Shown one piece after another: positions 50,701-59,474 of a stretch of DNA of 64,000 bases. The notes beneath the pieces were generated by a model. That model worked only from the letters and a program-made list of their open reading frames with translations, was not told where the DNA came from and searched no databases. How positions within the stretch are numbered: the first letter of the stretch is position 1; every line of letters starts with the position of its first letter. Source of the DNA: Gammaproteobacteria bacterium (lineage in GTDB: Bacteria > Pseudomonadota > Gammaproteobacteria > JABABF01). The translations under genes and the position numbers were made by a program. The stretch spans positions 960,001 through 1,024,000 of the forward strand of contig OZ250153.1 of assembly GCA_965237805.1 (NCBI GenBank), read 5' to 3'.

Positions 50701-53700
50701 TGGTGGGCTCCCCCTGCGCATCGGTCACCGTCAGCACCAAGCGGTGCTGCGAGGACTCTTCGTAATCCAAGGCCGGCGAGGCCTTCAGATAGGGGGTGAA
50801 CTGATCGCCGCTCCACCGCACGATCGTGAAGCCATCAGCCGCCAGCACCGAGTCCTCCGCCACGACCGAGAAATGCGTATAGCCCACAGCCGCCCCAGCC
50901 GCATCCTGCGCCGACAGCCCGCCAATCCAGCGCGCTCCCTCGTCGACAGAAATCTCTGTCAAGCCGGTATAGACCACCGCCCCGGGGCGGTCGAGTACCC
51001 GCAGCAGCAACCGCTGTTCGGCAGTCTCGCCCCAGCGATCGGTCACCGTCAGCACCAAGCGGTGTAGAGAGGACTCCTCGTAGTCCAGCCGCCCCGCTAT
51101 CTGCAGAGCCGCCGTCTGATCCGCTGTACTCACCGGCACCACCGAGAAAGCGCCAGCCCCCAACACCGAATCCTCCACCGCGACCGAGAAATGCGTGTAA
51201 TCCAAGGACGCTGGCCAAGCGTCCACCGCGCTCAGCCCCCCGACGACGGCAGTGCTCTGACCCGCCCCTTCCAAGACGGAATACTCTGTCCAACCGGTGT
51301 AGACCGGATCGGGGCGGTCGCGCACAAGTAGCAGCAGTGAAACCTTGGTGGGCTCCCCCTGCGCATCGGTCACCGTCAGCACCAAGCGGTGCTGCGAGGA
51401 CTCTTCGTAATCCAAGGCCGGCGAGGCCTTCAGATAGGGGGTGAACTGATCGCCGCTCCACCGCACGATCGTGAAGCCATCAGCCGCCAGCACCGAGTCC
51501 TCCGCCACGACCGAGAAATGCGTATAGCCCACAGCCGCCCCAGCCGCATCCTGCGCCGACAGCCCGCCAATCCAGCGCGCTCCCTCGTCGACAGAAATCT
51601 CTGTCAAGCCGGTATAGACCACCGCCCCGGGGCGGTCGAGTACCCGCAGCAGCAACTCTTGCTCACGGTAGGCTCCCCGCGCATCCGATACCCGCAACAC
51701 CAGGCGGTGGAGCGAGGATTCCTCGTAGTCCAAGACCCGCAAAGCCCGCAGATAGGGGGTGAACTGATCTTGACTCCACGGCACGATCGTGAAACCCTCA
51801 GCCCCAAACACTGAGTCCTCCACCCGTACTTCAAAATGCGTCCAGCCCAAGGCGACGCCATATTGATCCGTCGCACCCAACCCGCCGACTGCACGCACCC
51901 CCTCCAGCGCCGAGTGCTCTGTCCAACCCGTATAGCTGGGCGGCACGCTGTCATCTGGTAGCACCCGCAATGTCAATGGTACCAGCACATGACCGCCGCC
52001 ACCACCGGCAATATCGTCGACGCGCAACACCAAGCGGTGCAGCGAGGACTCGGCATAGCTCAACACCTGCGAGGCTCGCAGATAGGGGGTGAACTGATCG
52101 CCGCTCCACCGCACGATCGTGAAGCCATCAGCCCCCAGCACCGAGTCCTCCACCGAGACCGAGAAATGCTCCCAACTCAAGGCCGTGCCATCCTCACCCT
52201 CAGCGCTCAGGCCGCTGAGCCAACGCGAGTTTTTGGCAGCGAGCTCCGTCCACCCCGTGTAGAAGGGGCCGGGACGATCGAGCACCCGCAGCAGCAATGC
52301 CTGCTCGTGGTAGGCTCCCCGTGCATCCGATACCCGCAACACCAAGCGGTGTAGCGAGGACTCCTCGTAGTCCAAGACCCGCGAGGCCTCTAGCACCGGC
52401 GTGAAACCATCGCTGGGCGCAGCCACCACCGCAAAGCCGTTTGCACCCAGCACCGAGTTCTCCACCTGCAGCGCAAAGCGCGTGTAGTCCAAGGCGACGC
52501 CGTACTGATCCGTCGCGCTCAACCCATCGACCAAACGCGCACCCTCTAGCACCGAGAGCTCCGTCTGGCCAGTGTAGCTGGGCGGCACACTGTCATCGGA
52601 CAGCACCCGCAACGTCAATGGCACCAACACATAGTCACCACCGCCGCCAACAATGTCGTCGACGCGCAACACCAAGCGGTGCAGCGAGGACTCGGCATAG
52701 CTCAGCACCTGCGAGGCTCGCAGATAGGGGGTGAACTGATCGACGCTCCACGGCACGATCGTGAAGCCATCAGCCGCCAGCACCGAGTCCTCCACCGAGA
52801 CCGAAAAATGCTCCCAACTCAAGGCCGTGCCGCCCGCATCTTCAGCGCCCAAACCGCCGAGCCAACGCGAGTTTTTGGCGACGAGCTCCGTCCATCCCGT
52901 GTAGAAGGGGCCGGGGCGATCAAGCACCCGCAGTGTCAAGGTGGTCTGCACATAGTCGTCGCCACCGGCAATTCCGTCCCCATCGACGCGCAGCACCAGG
53001 CGATGCAAAGCGGACTCCGCATAGTACAGAACCCGCGAGGCTTGCAGATAGGGGGTGAACTGATCGCCGCCCCACGGCGCCACCGTGAAGCCCTCAGCCC
53101 CCAACACAGATTCCTCTACTGAGAGCGAGAAGTGCCGCCATCCCAAGGCATTGCCCTGAGTATCCTCAGCGGCCAGCCCGGCAATCCAGCGCCGACCCTC
53201 GGTGATAGAAATTTCCTGCAAACCGGTGTAGCGCGGCGGCTGGTCGTCGTCGTCCAGCACCCGGATCAGCCACTGCACATCGACATAGTCCCCCTGCGCT
53301 GCCGTGATGCGACCCACCACCCGGTGCAGCGAGGAAGCCAAGTAATACAGCGGCCCCTCAATCCGCAGCGTCACCGAGGCCGGATTCGCCGCATCCGGTA
53401 CCAGCGAAAACGCCGCCGAGCCCAACACCGAGTCCACCGACCACAACTGGTAATGCGAGAGGCCCAACTCGATACCGTCAGCGTCCAAGGCCACGATACG
53501 ACCGGCGGACGCGCCGCCACCCAAGATGCGCGTCGGTGCCCCCCCCTCCAGCAACTCGAACTCCAAATCACCCACATAGCGCGGCGGGGCACCGCCGACA
53601 TCCAACACCCGCAACTCCCCCACCCAATCGAAGTGATCTCCCAGTGCGTCCGTCGCCCGCACTGTCACTTCGTGGCGCGTCGAACTCTCGTAGTCCAACG

Positions 53701-55300
53701 CCACATCCAACAGCGTCAGGCCCCACTGCTGCGCCGCACCTGCCACGTGCGGATACAGCGCCATGCGCACCGAGCCCGCGCGCAGCGGCGGTGCCACCCC
53801 CGTCACCTCCAAACTCACTGTGCCCCCCTCGTGATCCGACACCGACAGCGGGCCGCAAAAGTGAAACGATGCCGTCTCCTCCATCACGCAGTCCCAATCC
53901 CCAGACACCACTGGCAAGTGGTTCACCGACAACTGCAATATTCGTTCCGTGCGGTTCCCCGCGCTGTCCCGAAGCTCCAGCGCCAGCGCGTAACTGTCGC
54001 CTGCAAACTCCGCCCCCGCCAGCGCCCACAACCGACCGCTCTCGCTGTCCACCCGGAACAGGCCCTCCTCGGCACCGGCCGCCAAGTGGTAACTCAGCGC
54101 ACCGCCATCCGGATCCATCCCGCTCAGCCGACCCAGAGAGCGATCTACCGACAGCCGCCTCGGCAGCACCGACACTTGCAGGCCCGCGCCCAACATCGGC
54201 CCGCCCAGGTCGCCGACCTCTCTCACCGCCGCCCGCAGCCGCAACAACACCTCCTTCGCATTCAAATACGGCAGACCCAGCACGACCGACTCCGGCTGCA
54301 AGCCAGCACGGTGCGCCGTGTAAACAATGTAGCGACCGATCAGCAGACCGTCATCCGCCCCTACCGCCCCATCTCCCGTCACATCCCACAGCCCCTCCAC
54401 CGCCGCCACTGGCGCACGCCGCAGCTTGTCCATCAACACCAACTCCGCATCCAAACTGTCGGTACGACCGTCTTTGTTTACATCCAAATCGCCGCCCGAA
54501 CCCCGCACCAGCAACTGCACCTGCGCTGGTGCCAACGCCGCGCCGCCCACCTGCTCCACCGTCAACTCCACGCTCCCATGTAGTGCGTCCTGATCGTGCA
54601 ACACCGCCGTCAACTCCACGCTCAGCGTGCCGTAGGCACCACCGATCAAAGTCGTCTCGCCAACTATCCCCCCGTGGAAGGATGGTGTCGTCCCAGTGGA
54701 TGTCACCTTCTGCGACACCCGTACCCGGTAACTGCCATCCACCTCCACCACGCAGGGCAGGGTCGCAGCGCGCAAATGGCACGTCGCGTCCCCCGCCACC
54801 GCATGCACCGCCAGCTTCACCGTCGAGCGCTCGCCATGCCCCACACGACCACCCATCACCACCACCAGCAAACGCTCCGCCGTCACATCCACCGCTGGCC
54901 CCCTCGCCGCCGACAACCAGCCGCCCAAGGACACCGAAAACTCCCCCGCACCGCCATCGCTGGTCGGCCAATAGCGCAACTGCAAGCGCGCCATATGCGG
55001 CGCTCCGGTCAACGCTTCCAACTGCACGCCGGACACTCGACCCCGATCCACCTGCACCGACAGGCTGGGAGCCAACGCGGCTATATCCACCGACGTATCC
55101 ACGTCGCCTGAAGCGTCAGATACCCACAACTTCCAACTCAGCAGTGCGCCGCCCAACTCGCGCGACGCTGTCTCCTGTGCGCTGAACTCCGCCGATAACT
55201 GCAAGGCAGGCGGCGCTGCCCACGCCCCATTCACCAGTAGCGGAGACGGCAACAGCACAGCTAGCACAGCCAGCACAAGACCCACTCGAAGCACAGACAT
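47774..55300 (-). CDS. Giant secreted multidomain protein (~2,500 aa): signal peptide, dockerin-like module, ~15 cadherin-like domains, C-terminal GH16-like domain
   Basis: MSVLRVGLVLAVLAVLL..AWA signal; DVNKDGRTDSLD and DVTGDGAVGADD loops; repeated LDYE..HR..L.V.D and RVLD..P.YTG units; LVWSAEFND, FKYGYFEV, EVDLFE and MKIDHIRLF. Confidence 0.8.
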   Translation of the reverse strand: MSVLRVGLVLAVLAVLLPSPLLVNGAWAAPPALQLSAEFSAQETASRELGGALLSWKLWVSDASGDVDTSVDIAALAPSLSVQVDRGRVSGVQLEALTGAPHMARLQLRYWPTSDGGAGEFSVSLGGWLSAARGPAVDVTAERLLVVVMGGRVGHGERSTVKLAVHAVAGDATCHLRAATLPCVVEVDGSYRVRVSQKVTSTGTTPSFHGGIVGETTLIGGAYGTLSVELTAVLHDQDALHGSVELTVEQVGGAALAPAQVQLLVRGSGGDLDVNKDGRTDSLDAELVLMDKLRRAPVAAVEGLWDVTGDGAVGADDGLLIGRYIVYTAHRAGLQPESVVLGLPYLNAKEVLLRLRAAVREVGDLGGPMLGAGLQVSVLPRRLSVDRSLGRLSGMDPDGGALSYHLAAGAEEGLFRVDSESGRLWALAGAEFAGDSYALALELRDSAGNRTERILQLSVNHLPVVSGDWDCVMEETASFHFCGPLSVSDHEGGTVSLEVTGVAPPLRAGSVRMALYPHVAGAAQQWGLTLLDVALDYESSTRHEVTVRATDALGDHFDWVGELRVLDVGGAPPRYVGDLEFELLEGGAPTRILGGGASAGRIVALDADGIELGLSHYQLWSVDSVLGSAAFSLVPDAANPASVTLRIEGPLYYLASSLHRVVGRITAAQGDYVDVQWLIRVLDDDDQPPRYTGLQEISITEGRRWIAGLAAEDTQGNALGWRHFSLSVEESVLGAEGFTVAPWGGDQFTPYLQASRVLYYAESALHRLVLRVDGDGIAGGDDYVQTTLTLRVLDRPGPFYTGWTELVAKNSRWLGGLGAEDAGGTALSWEHFSVSVEDSVLAADGFTIVPWSVDQFTPYLRASQVLSYAESSLHRLVLRVDDIVGGGGDYVLVPLTLRVLSDDSVPPSYTGQTELSVLEGARLVDGLSATDQYGVALDYTRFALQVENSVLGANGFAVVAAPSDGFTPVLEASRVLDYEESSLHRLVLRVSDARGAYHEQALLLRVLDRPGPFYTGWTELAAKNSRWLSGLSAEGEDGTALSWEHFSVSVEDSVLGADGFTIVRWSGDQFTPYLRASQVLSYAESSLHRLVLRVDDIAGGGGGHVLVPLTLRVLPDDSVPPSYTGWTEHSALEGVRAVGGLGATDQYGVALGWTHFEVRVEDSVFGAEGFTIVPWSQDQFTPYLRALRVLDYEESSLHRLVLRVSDARGAYREQELLLRVLDRPGAVVYTGLTEISVDEGARWIGGLSAQDAAGAAVGYTHFSVVAEDSVLAADGFTIVRWSGDQFTPYLKASPALDYEESSQHRLVLTVTDAQGEPTKVSLLLLVRDRPDPVYTGWTEYSVLEGAGQSTAVVGGLSAVDAWPASLDYTHFSVAVEDSVLGAGAFSVVPVSTADQTAALQIAGRLDYEESSLHRLVLTVTDRWGETAEQRLLLRVLDRPGAVVYTGLTEISVDEGARWIGGLSAQDAAGAAVGYTHFSVVAEDSVLAADGFTIVRWSGDQFTPYLKASPALDYEESSQHRLVLTVTDAQGEPTKVSLLLLVRDRPDPVYTGWTEYSVLEGAGQSTAVVGGLSAVDAWPASLDYTHFSVAVEDSVLGAGAFSVVPVSTADQTAALQIAGRLDYEESSLHRLVLTVTDRWGETAEQRLLLRVLDRPGAVVYTGLTEISVDEGARWIGGLSAQDAAGAAVGYTHFSVVAEDSVLAADGFTIVRWSGDQFTPYLKASPALDYEESSQHRLVLTVTDAQGEPTKVSLLLLVRDRPDPVYTGWTEYSVLEGAGQSTAVVGGLSAVDAWPASLDYTHFSVAVEDSVLGAGAFSVVPVSTADQTAALQIAGRLDYEESSLHRLVLTVTDRWGETAEQRLLLRVLDDGHALPVYSGPTSCAFEERDGESAVRRCGPLLAWDAGGDELSWSLGSVESALPATAFSIEQQGESHWLRIEGELDYEQWREHRVTLRVANSSEVVETELLITVKDSPYSEFHTMRQSVYLPAASDITGLLARYEVKRAPLRWELMVAELTRGGQTFHFRIDRQGGIWTDTTLTASQQQLLRGAELSLRLVYEDAVLEGTLAFVGSFSLNPCASHSPYMVSAAFDQMSRAEKRQCWMRAWMPEALDVRRSALDHAERAAILADLQSGLSYAKEHYELVWSAEFNDYDEEAETVIEYLRRIGLLPAWYEERYGDRHALIEQLYPTAWTRALDVRDGELWLGVARRPPRYSALPCTSTQTAGCSHIAATLASEVEFKYGYFEVQVADTLPAMEAPIVYGSDTPASGLVLHARYPAVVGADVRAYWLAEGAAGSTAQRSVPNSTAMVGMPVFMFPNTAREQLELQGTEVDLFENHETTIYTAGGSGGGLQFLVNHLGGLDAVGRADAVALGDSWSWPIAGATRVYGQKWGINDNDPATKKSYKMGYEITPAGYKFFFNGKFINNGSNQFHPNPIGVECNQYPHSVNRNPYITCGIPHSPLLLRLNMPAAHLHTGLDPIYMKIDHIRLFKPKGVKAGYADLTPVYH
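49707..51656. repeat. Three tandem 645-bp copies (215 aa, two cadherin-like domains each), apparently identical
   Basis: Units start at 49707, 50352 and 50997, with 15 bp of a fourth at 51642. Shadow ORFs in the track recur at +645. Confidence 0.92.
51660..52930. repeat. Older, imperfect two-domain duplication (period 642 bp); boundaries approximate
   Basis: PFYTGWTEL[VA]AKNSRW...VPPSYTG units. AGAAGGGGCC occurs at 52261 and 52903. Confidence 0.8.
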
Positions 55301-55825
55301 CGTCTGCAAAACCAATCTCAATACTTAGCGCGGGAACACCGCGCCACGGAGATCCTCACAGTCACTGGCAGACACAACGACCAGCCAGCTCCATGCCGCT
55401 CCGCGACTTAGGCGGCCAGACCGCATGGCTTTGGGACATACATAATATGCCGTGATCCCCCCAAAAAATCTATTTACTATAACACCACACCGTGGACCAT
55501 ACAAGCGACAATGTGAAGAATGATCGCATAGCGGCATGCCGCAAAATTCTATATTGCAAGGTGTGGCAAAGCAGCTGTAGCGAGGAGTCGCCTCAGGGGC
55601 GGAACAACTCTAACCAAACAATGTGGTGCCTTGTCAAAGCCATTCTTCGCGCCAAGCTTGGCCTTAGCTTGAGGCAACCGACCCCCTTAAAGGAGGCATC
55701 ATCAAGGATCGTGACGGCAACATTTCAACACCAATTGACATGCTAACATAGCGTGGATGCGGTCAATAGCACCAAGCAATTATGGGAAGATTGGCAACAA
55801 CTCTGCCAGCGCTCAGGGGCGCGGC

Positions 55826-57121
55826 GTGACTGCCGCCCTGCCGCAGGACACCATGGCGTTGCGGCAGCTGGAAGCAGAGTTAAGCGCGTCGTATGTAGCG
55901 TGGCGACAACGCGGCCTCAAGCTGGACTTGACACGCGGCAGGCCCGGACCGGAACAAGTCGCCTTGGCCTCGGCGCTGGACGGTGTGCTGGGTGGCGATT
56001 TTTGCACCGAGAGCGGCACCGATACCCGCGGTTACGGCGGTTTGCTCGGCATTCCCGAAGCGCGACGCCTATTGGGCGAGCTGTTGCAGGCACCCCCCGA
56101 GCAGAGTTTGGTCGGCGGCAACAGCAGCTTGGAGCTGATGTATCGTTGCCTCAGTTTCGCCTATCTGCACGGCATCGGCAACCAGCCACCATGGCGCGAG
56201 CAGGGGACGGTGCGCTTCCTGTGTCTGACACCGGGCTACGATCGCCATTTCCGCATCTGCGAGGCATTGGGCATTGAGATGACAGCCGTGCCTTTGGGCG
56301 CGGCAGGTCCCGACATGGATGTCGTCGATGAAGCCGTCGCCGACCCAGCGGTGAAGGGCATCTGGTGCGTACCGCGCTTCTCCAACCCCTCTGGCATATG
56401 CTACAGCGAGGAGACCGTGGTGCGCATGGCTCGGCTCGGGCAACGCGCGGCCCCGGATTTCCGCCTGTTCTGGGATCTGGCCTACGCCATACACGCTTTC
56501 TCCCCAGACGCACCCGAGCCACCCTCGGGACTGCTCGGCTTGTGCAGCCAAGCTGGCACCGAGGACAGCGCACTGCTGTTTGGCTCCACCTCGAAAATCA
56601 GCTTCGCCAGCGGCGGGGTGGCAGCCTTGGCCAGCTCGGCAGGCAACCTCGAGTGGTTCAGCCGCCACTTGGCGGTGACCACCGTGGGACCAGACAAAGT
56701 CAACCAGCTGCGCCACACACGGCTCTTCCCAAACCTCGATGCCCTGCGCGAGCATATGCGCGGCCACGCCGCCCTGTTGCGCCCGCGCTTCGCCGCCGTG
56801 GACAGCGTGTTGAGCGCCGAATTGGGCGATCGGGAGCAGAGCCCCTACGGACGCTGGAATGCACCGTGCGGCGGATACTTCGTACTATTCAACACACTCC
56901 CCGGCTTGGCCACCACCGTGATCCAGCTGGCCGCCGAGGCGGGCCTCGCGCTGACACCGGCCGGTGCTACATGGCCGCTGGGCTTAGATCCGGCCGACAG
57001 CGACATCCGCATCGCTCCCACCGTGCCGAGCATCGCCGAACTCGAGCAAGCCATGGCGCTGTTCGCAAACTGCGTGCGCCTCGCCACCGTGCGGGCGGCG
57101 CTGGCCGAGCGCGGCGGCTGA
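55826..57121 (+). CDS. PLP-dependent aminotransferase class I/II (Rv3722c/AspAT-like)
   Basis: LDLTRGRP, GNSSLELM, PGYDRHF, WCVPRFSNPSG, STSKISF and IRIAPT. Start uncertain. Confidence 0.85.
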   Translation: MTAALPQDTMALRQLEAELSASYVAWRQRGLKLDLTRGRPGPEQVALASALDGVLGGDFCTESGTDTRGYGGLLGIPEARRLLGELLQAPPEQSLVGGNSSLELMYRCLSFAYLHGIGNQPPWREQGTVRFLCLTPGYDRHFRICEALGIEMTAVPLGAAGPDMDVVDEAVADPAVKGIWCVPRFSNPSGICYSEETVVRMARLGQRAAPDFRLFWDLAYAIHAFSPDAPEPPSGLLGLCSQAGTEDSALLFGSTSKISFASGGVAALASSAGNLEWFSRHLAVTTVGPDKVNQLRHTRLFPNLDALREHMRGHAALLRPRFAAVDSVLSAELGDREQSPYGRWNAPCGGYFVLFNTLPGLATTVIQLAAEAGLALTPAGATWPLGLDPADSDIRIAPTVPSIAELEQAMALFANCVRLATVRAALAERGG

Positions 57122-57184
57122 GCGCCATCTCAACAAGACCAGCCAAACCGAATCATTGCGCCGATGCGGGGCGCGCAAGCTGGC

Positions 57185-57562
57185 TCAGTTGTTGCCATCC
57201 CGATTCGGCAGCTTGGACAGTGAGCTCGGCAAGGGCAAGCGGGTGATATTACTCTGATCGCTATTCTTGCCATCGGTGATGCGGGCAGTGCCGCGACGCT
57301 CGACCTCGTCGATGCGCAATACCGATGCGATCGGCAGGAAAACCCGCCCCACATCTTGAAATTCGGCTCGCAAACGCTCCTCAGAAGTATCGACAATCGT
57401 GCGGCCGCGCTCACCGAATAAAAACTCCTCCACTTCGATGAAGCCGTAGAGGTCGCTCTGGTAAACCCCGCGCACATAGACCTCGTAGACTCGACCCTGT
57501 TGCGCGAACAGTACGCGGTAGACGGGGTTGGGTTCTTTTTTCTTGCTACGGCTTTCAGCCAT
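57185..57562 (-). CDS. DUF1820-like protein
   Basis: YRVLF.QQG.VYEVY, QSDLYGFIEVEEF.F, SEERL.AEF and RIDEV. Confidence 0.75.
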   Translation of the reverse strand: MAESRSKKKEPNPVYRVLFAQQGRVYEVYVRGVYQSDLYGFIEVEEFLFGERGRTIVDTSEERLRAEFQDVGRVFLPIASVLRIDEVERRGTARITDGKNSDQSNITRLPLPSSLSKLPNRDGNN

Positions 57563-57699
57563 CTTGCAATGCACTCCGGCGAGTTAAGGATTTGACACTG
57601 CGGCACCCCGCCGCCACTACAGACTCTCTGAAGCCTGCGGCAAGGCGGCAATAACGCACCGCAACACCGTTGAATTCTAGCACAAAGCGGCGCTTGAGT

Positions 57700-58125
57700 T
57701 CAGCCGCTCATCGACGCGTGGTGGATGAATTGCACCGAGCTGCCATCCGGGGCGCAGCAATAAAAACTGCGTGCCCCGTCGCGGTGAGTGGCGGGTGGCT
57801 TCAGCAGTTGCACACCGGCCGCGCACAGATAATCGTGCCAGCAATCCACGGCCTCAGCACTGACCATGGCGAAGCCGATATGATCCAAGGCTCCGGGCGG
57901 AACCGCCCCCCGCCGCCGGTGCAGGGCCAGATTGTCGCTACCCGAACACAGATAGGCATTGTCCTCGTCAGGACGCCATTCCACCGCCATGCCCACCAAG
58001 CGCGTGAAGAAGTCCAGCGTCGCCTCGTAGGCATCATCGGACACATAGAGAGCGACATGTCGCAGACCCAGTAGCCCCCCGGGGCGGGACGCCCCCAGCT
58101 CAGCGGGTACCGTGCGCGCGCTCAC
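57700..58125 (-). CDS. VOC family protein
   Basis: GLRHVAL, DNLALH, LDHIGF and HRDGARSFY..PDG. Confidence 0.85.
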   Translation of the reverse strand: MSARTVPAELGASRPGGLLGLRHVALYVSDDAYEATLDFFTRLVGMAVEWRPDEDNAYLCSGSDNLALHRRRGAVPPGALDHIGFAMVSAEAVDCWHDYLCAAGVQLLKPPATHRDGARSFYCCAPDGSSVQFIHHASMSG

Positions 58126-58553
58126 TCAGCCACCAGCTCGTAGGAGTGGCTGATCGCAACACCAGCCGCCGCGAGCATGATGGAGGCTGAGCAATAGCGC
58201 GTGGCCGATAGCTCCACGGCACGGGCCACGCGATCCTCGCGCAACGCCTTGCCACGCACCGAGAAATGCATGCGCAATGCGGTAAACACCGCCGGTTCGG
58301 CCTCCGCACGTTCGGCCTCGATGCGCAGCTCGCAAGCGCTGACCTGTTGGCGCGAACGGCGCAGGATGTGGACGATGTCAAAGGCGGCACAACCGCCGAC
58401 ACCAAGCAACAGCGTCTCCATCGGTCGCGGACCTCGATTCTCACCGCCGTGGGTGGGCGGCCCGTCCATGCGCAACGTGTGTCCACTACCGCTCTCGCCC
58501 TCGAAGCAGGCTGCACCGCGCCAGTGCACGGTGGCACTCATCGTCTCGCCCAT
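58122..58553 (-). CDS. OsmC family protein (YhfA-like)
   Basis: MDGP..GG.N.GPRPMETLL.G.GGC, D.V.IL and RYCSAS. AGGAG RBS upstream. Confidence 0.85.
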   Translation of the reverse strand: MGETMSATVHWRGAACFEGESGSGHTLRMDGPPTHGGENRGPRPMETLLLGVGGCAAFDIVHILRRSRQQVSACELRIEAERAEAEPAVFTALRMHFSVRGKALREDRVARAVELSATRYCSASIMLAAAGVAISHSYELVAE

Positions 58554-58646
58554 CGCTCCTCCGCCCGGCACCTCAAGTTCAGTCGAGCATAGCGCAAAGC
58601 GGGCAGAAGTGTCGGCAAACCGTCCCCAAGCCTGCGCAGCCTAGGC

Positions 58647-59474
58647 TCAAGCAGGCCCCAAGTTGTCACCGAACAATGCATGCAGGGCATCCCCCGGCAT
58701 CTCGGCACGCATCAGCGCTTCACCGACCAAAAAGCAATGTACCTCGCGGGAGCGCATGGCGACGACATCTGCCACTTTGGCAATGCCGCTCTCGGTCACC
58801 GCCAATCGCCCCGGCGGCAAATGCGGTAGCAGCTCCCAGGTGGTTTCGAGCCGGATCTGAAAATTGCTCAGATCGCGGTTGTTGATGCCGATCAACGGTG
58901 TCTCAACACCATGAGCAACGGACATCTCAGCTGCGCTGTGCACCTCCAACAATACATCGAGGCCGAGCTCCGCGGCGTGCGAAGCCAACGCTGCCAGCCG
59001 CTCCGGCATGTCAGTGAAGGCCGCGGCAATCAGTAGCACACAGTCGGCACCCAAGGCACAACTCTCGTAGAGCTGATACTCGTCGACGATGAAATCCTTG
59101 CGCAACACCGGCAACGCCGTGGCGGCGCGCGCCTGCTCAAGATGCGTGTTGGCACCGTGGAAGAAGTGCTCATCCGTCAACACCGACAGCGCCGCCGCGC
59201 CGTGCGCCTCATAGTCGGCGGCGATGGCGGCGGGCCGGTAATCCTCCCGCAACACTCCAACGCTGGGCGAAGCCCGCTTCAGTTCGGCGATGACCCCCAC
59301 CGCGCCAACCTCCAGTCGTTGCCGCAAGGCATCGGCGAAGGGGCGGCGGTCACGGCGGCGCGCCGCCCGACGCTCCAACGCAGCCCGCGGCTCAGCGGCG
59401 GTGCGGGCGGCAACTTCGCGGCGCTTGTGCGCGATAATGCGCGCCAACATACCGTCCGGCGGGGCGGCGGTCAT
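58647..59474 (-). CDS. trpC: Indole-3-glycerol-phosphate synthase
   Basis: IAELKRASPS, SVLTD, LRKDF, GINNRDL, ESGI and LVGEALM. Confidence 0.95.
   Translation of the reverse strand: MTAAPPDGMLARIIAHKRREVAARTAAEPRAALERRAARRRDRRPFADALRQRLEVGAVGVIAELKRASPSVGVLREDYRPAAIAADYEAHGAAALSVLTDEHFFHGANTHLEQARAATALPVLRKDFIVDEYQLYESCALGADCVLLIAAAFTDMPERLAALASHAAELGLDVLLEVHSAAEMSVAHGVETPLIGINNRDLSNFQIRLETTWELLPHLPPGRLAVTESGIAKVADVVAMRSREVHCFLVGEALMRAEMPGDALHALFGDNLGPA

Noticed and set aside
49707-51656. CRISPR array or mobile-element repeats
   Set aside because: The repeats are 645 bp, in frame within a CDS, with no spacers, cas genes or transposase.
53132-55185. Long plus-strand ORFs (483 and 549 aa) antisense to the giant gene
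   Set aside because: These are Pro/Arg/His-rich shadow frames caused by strand bias. The same applies to antisense ORFs over kshA, hsaC and murL.
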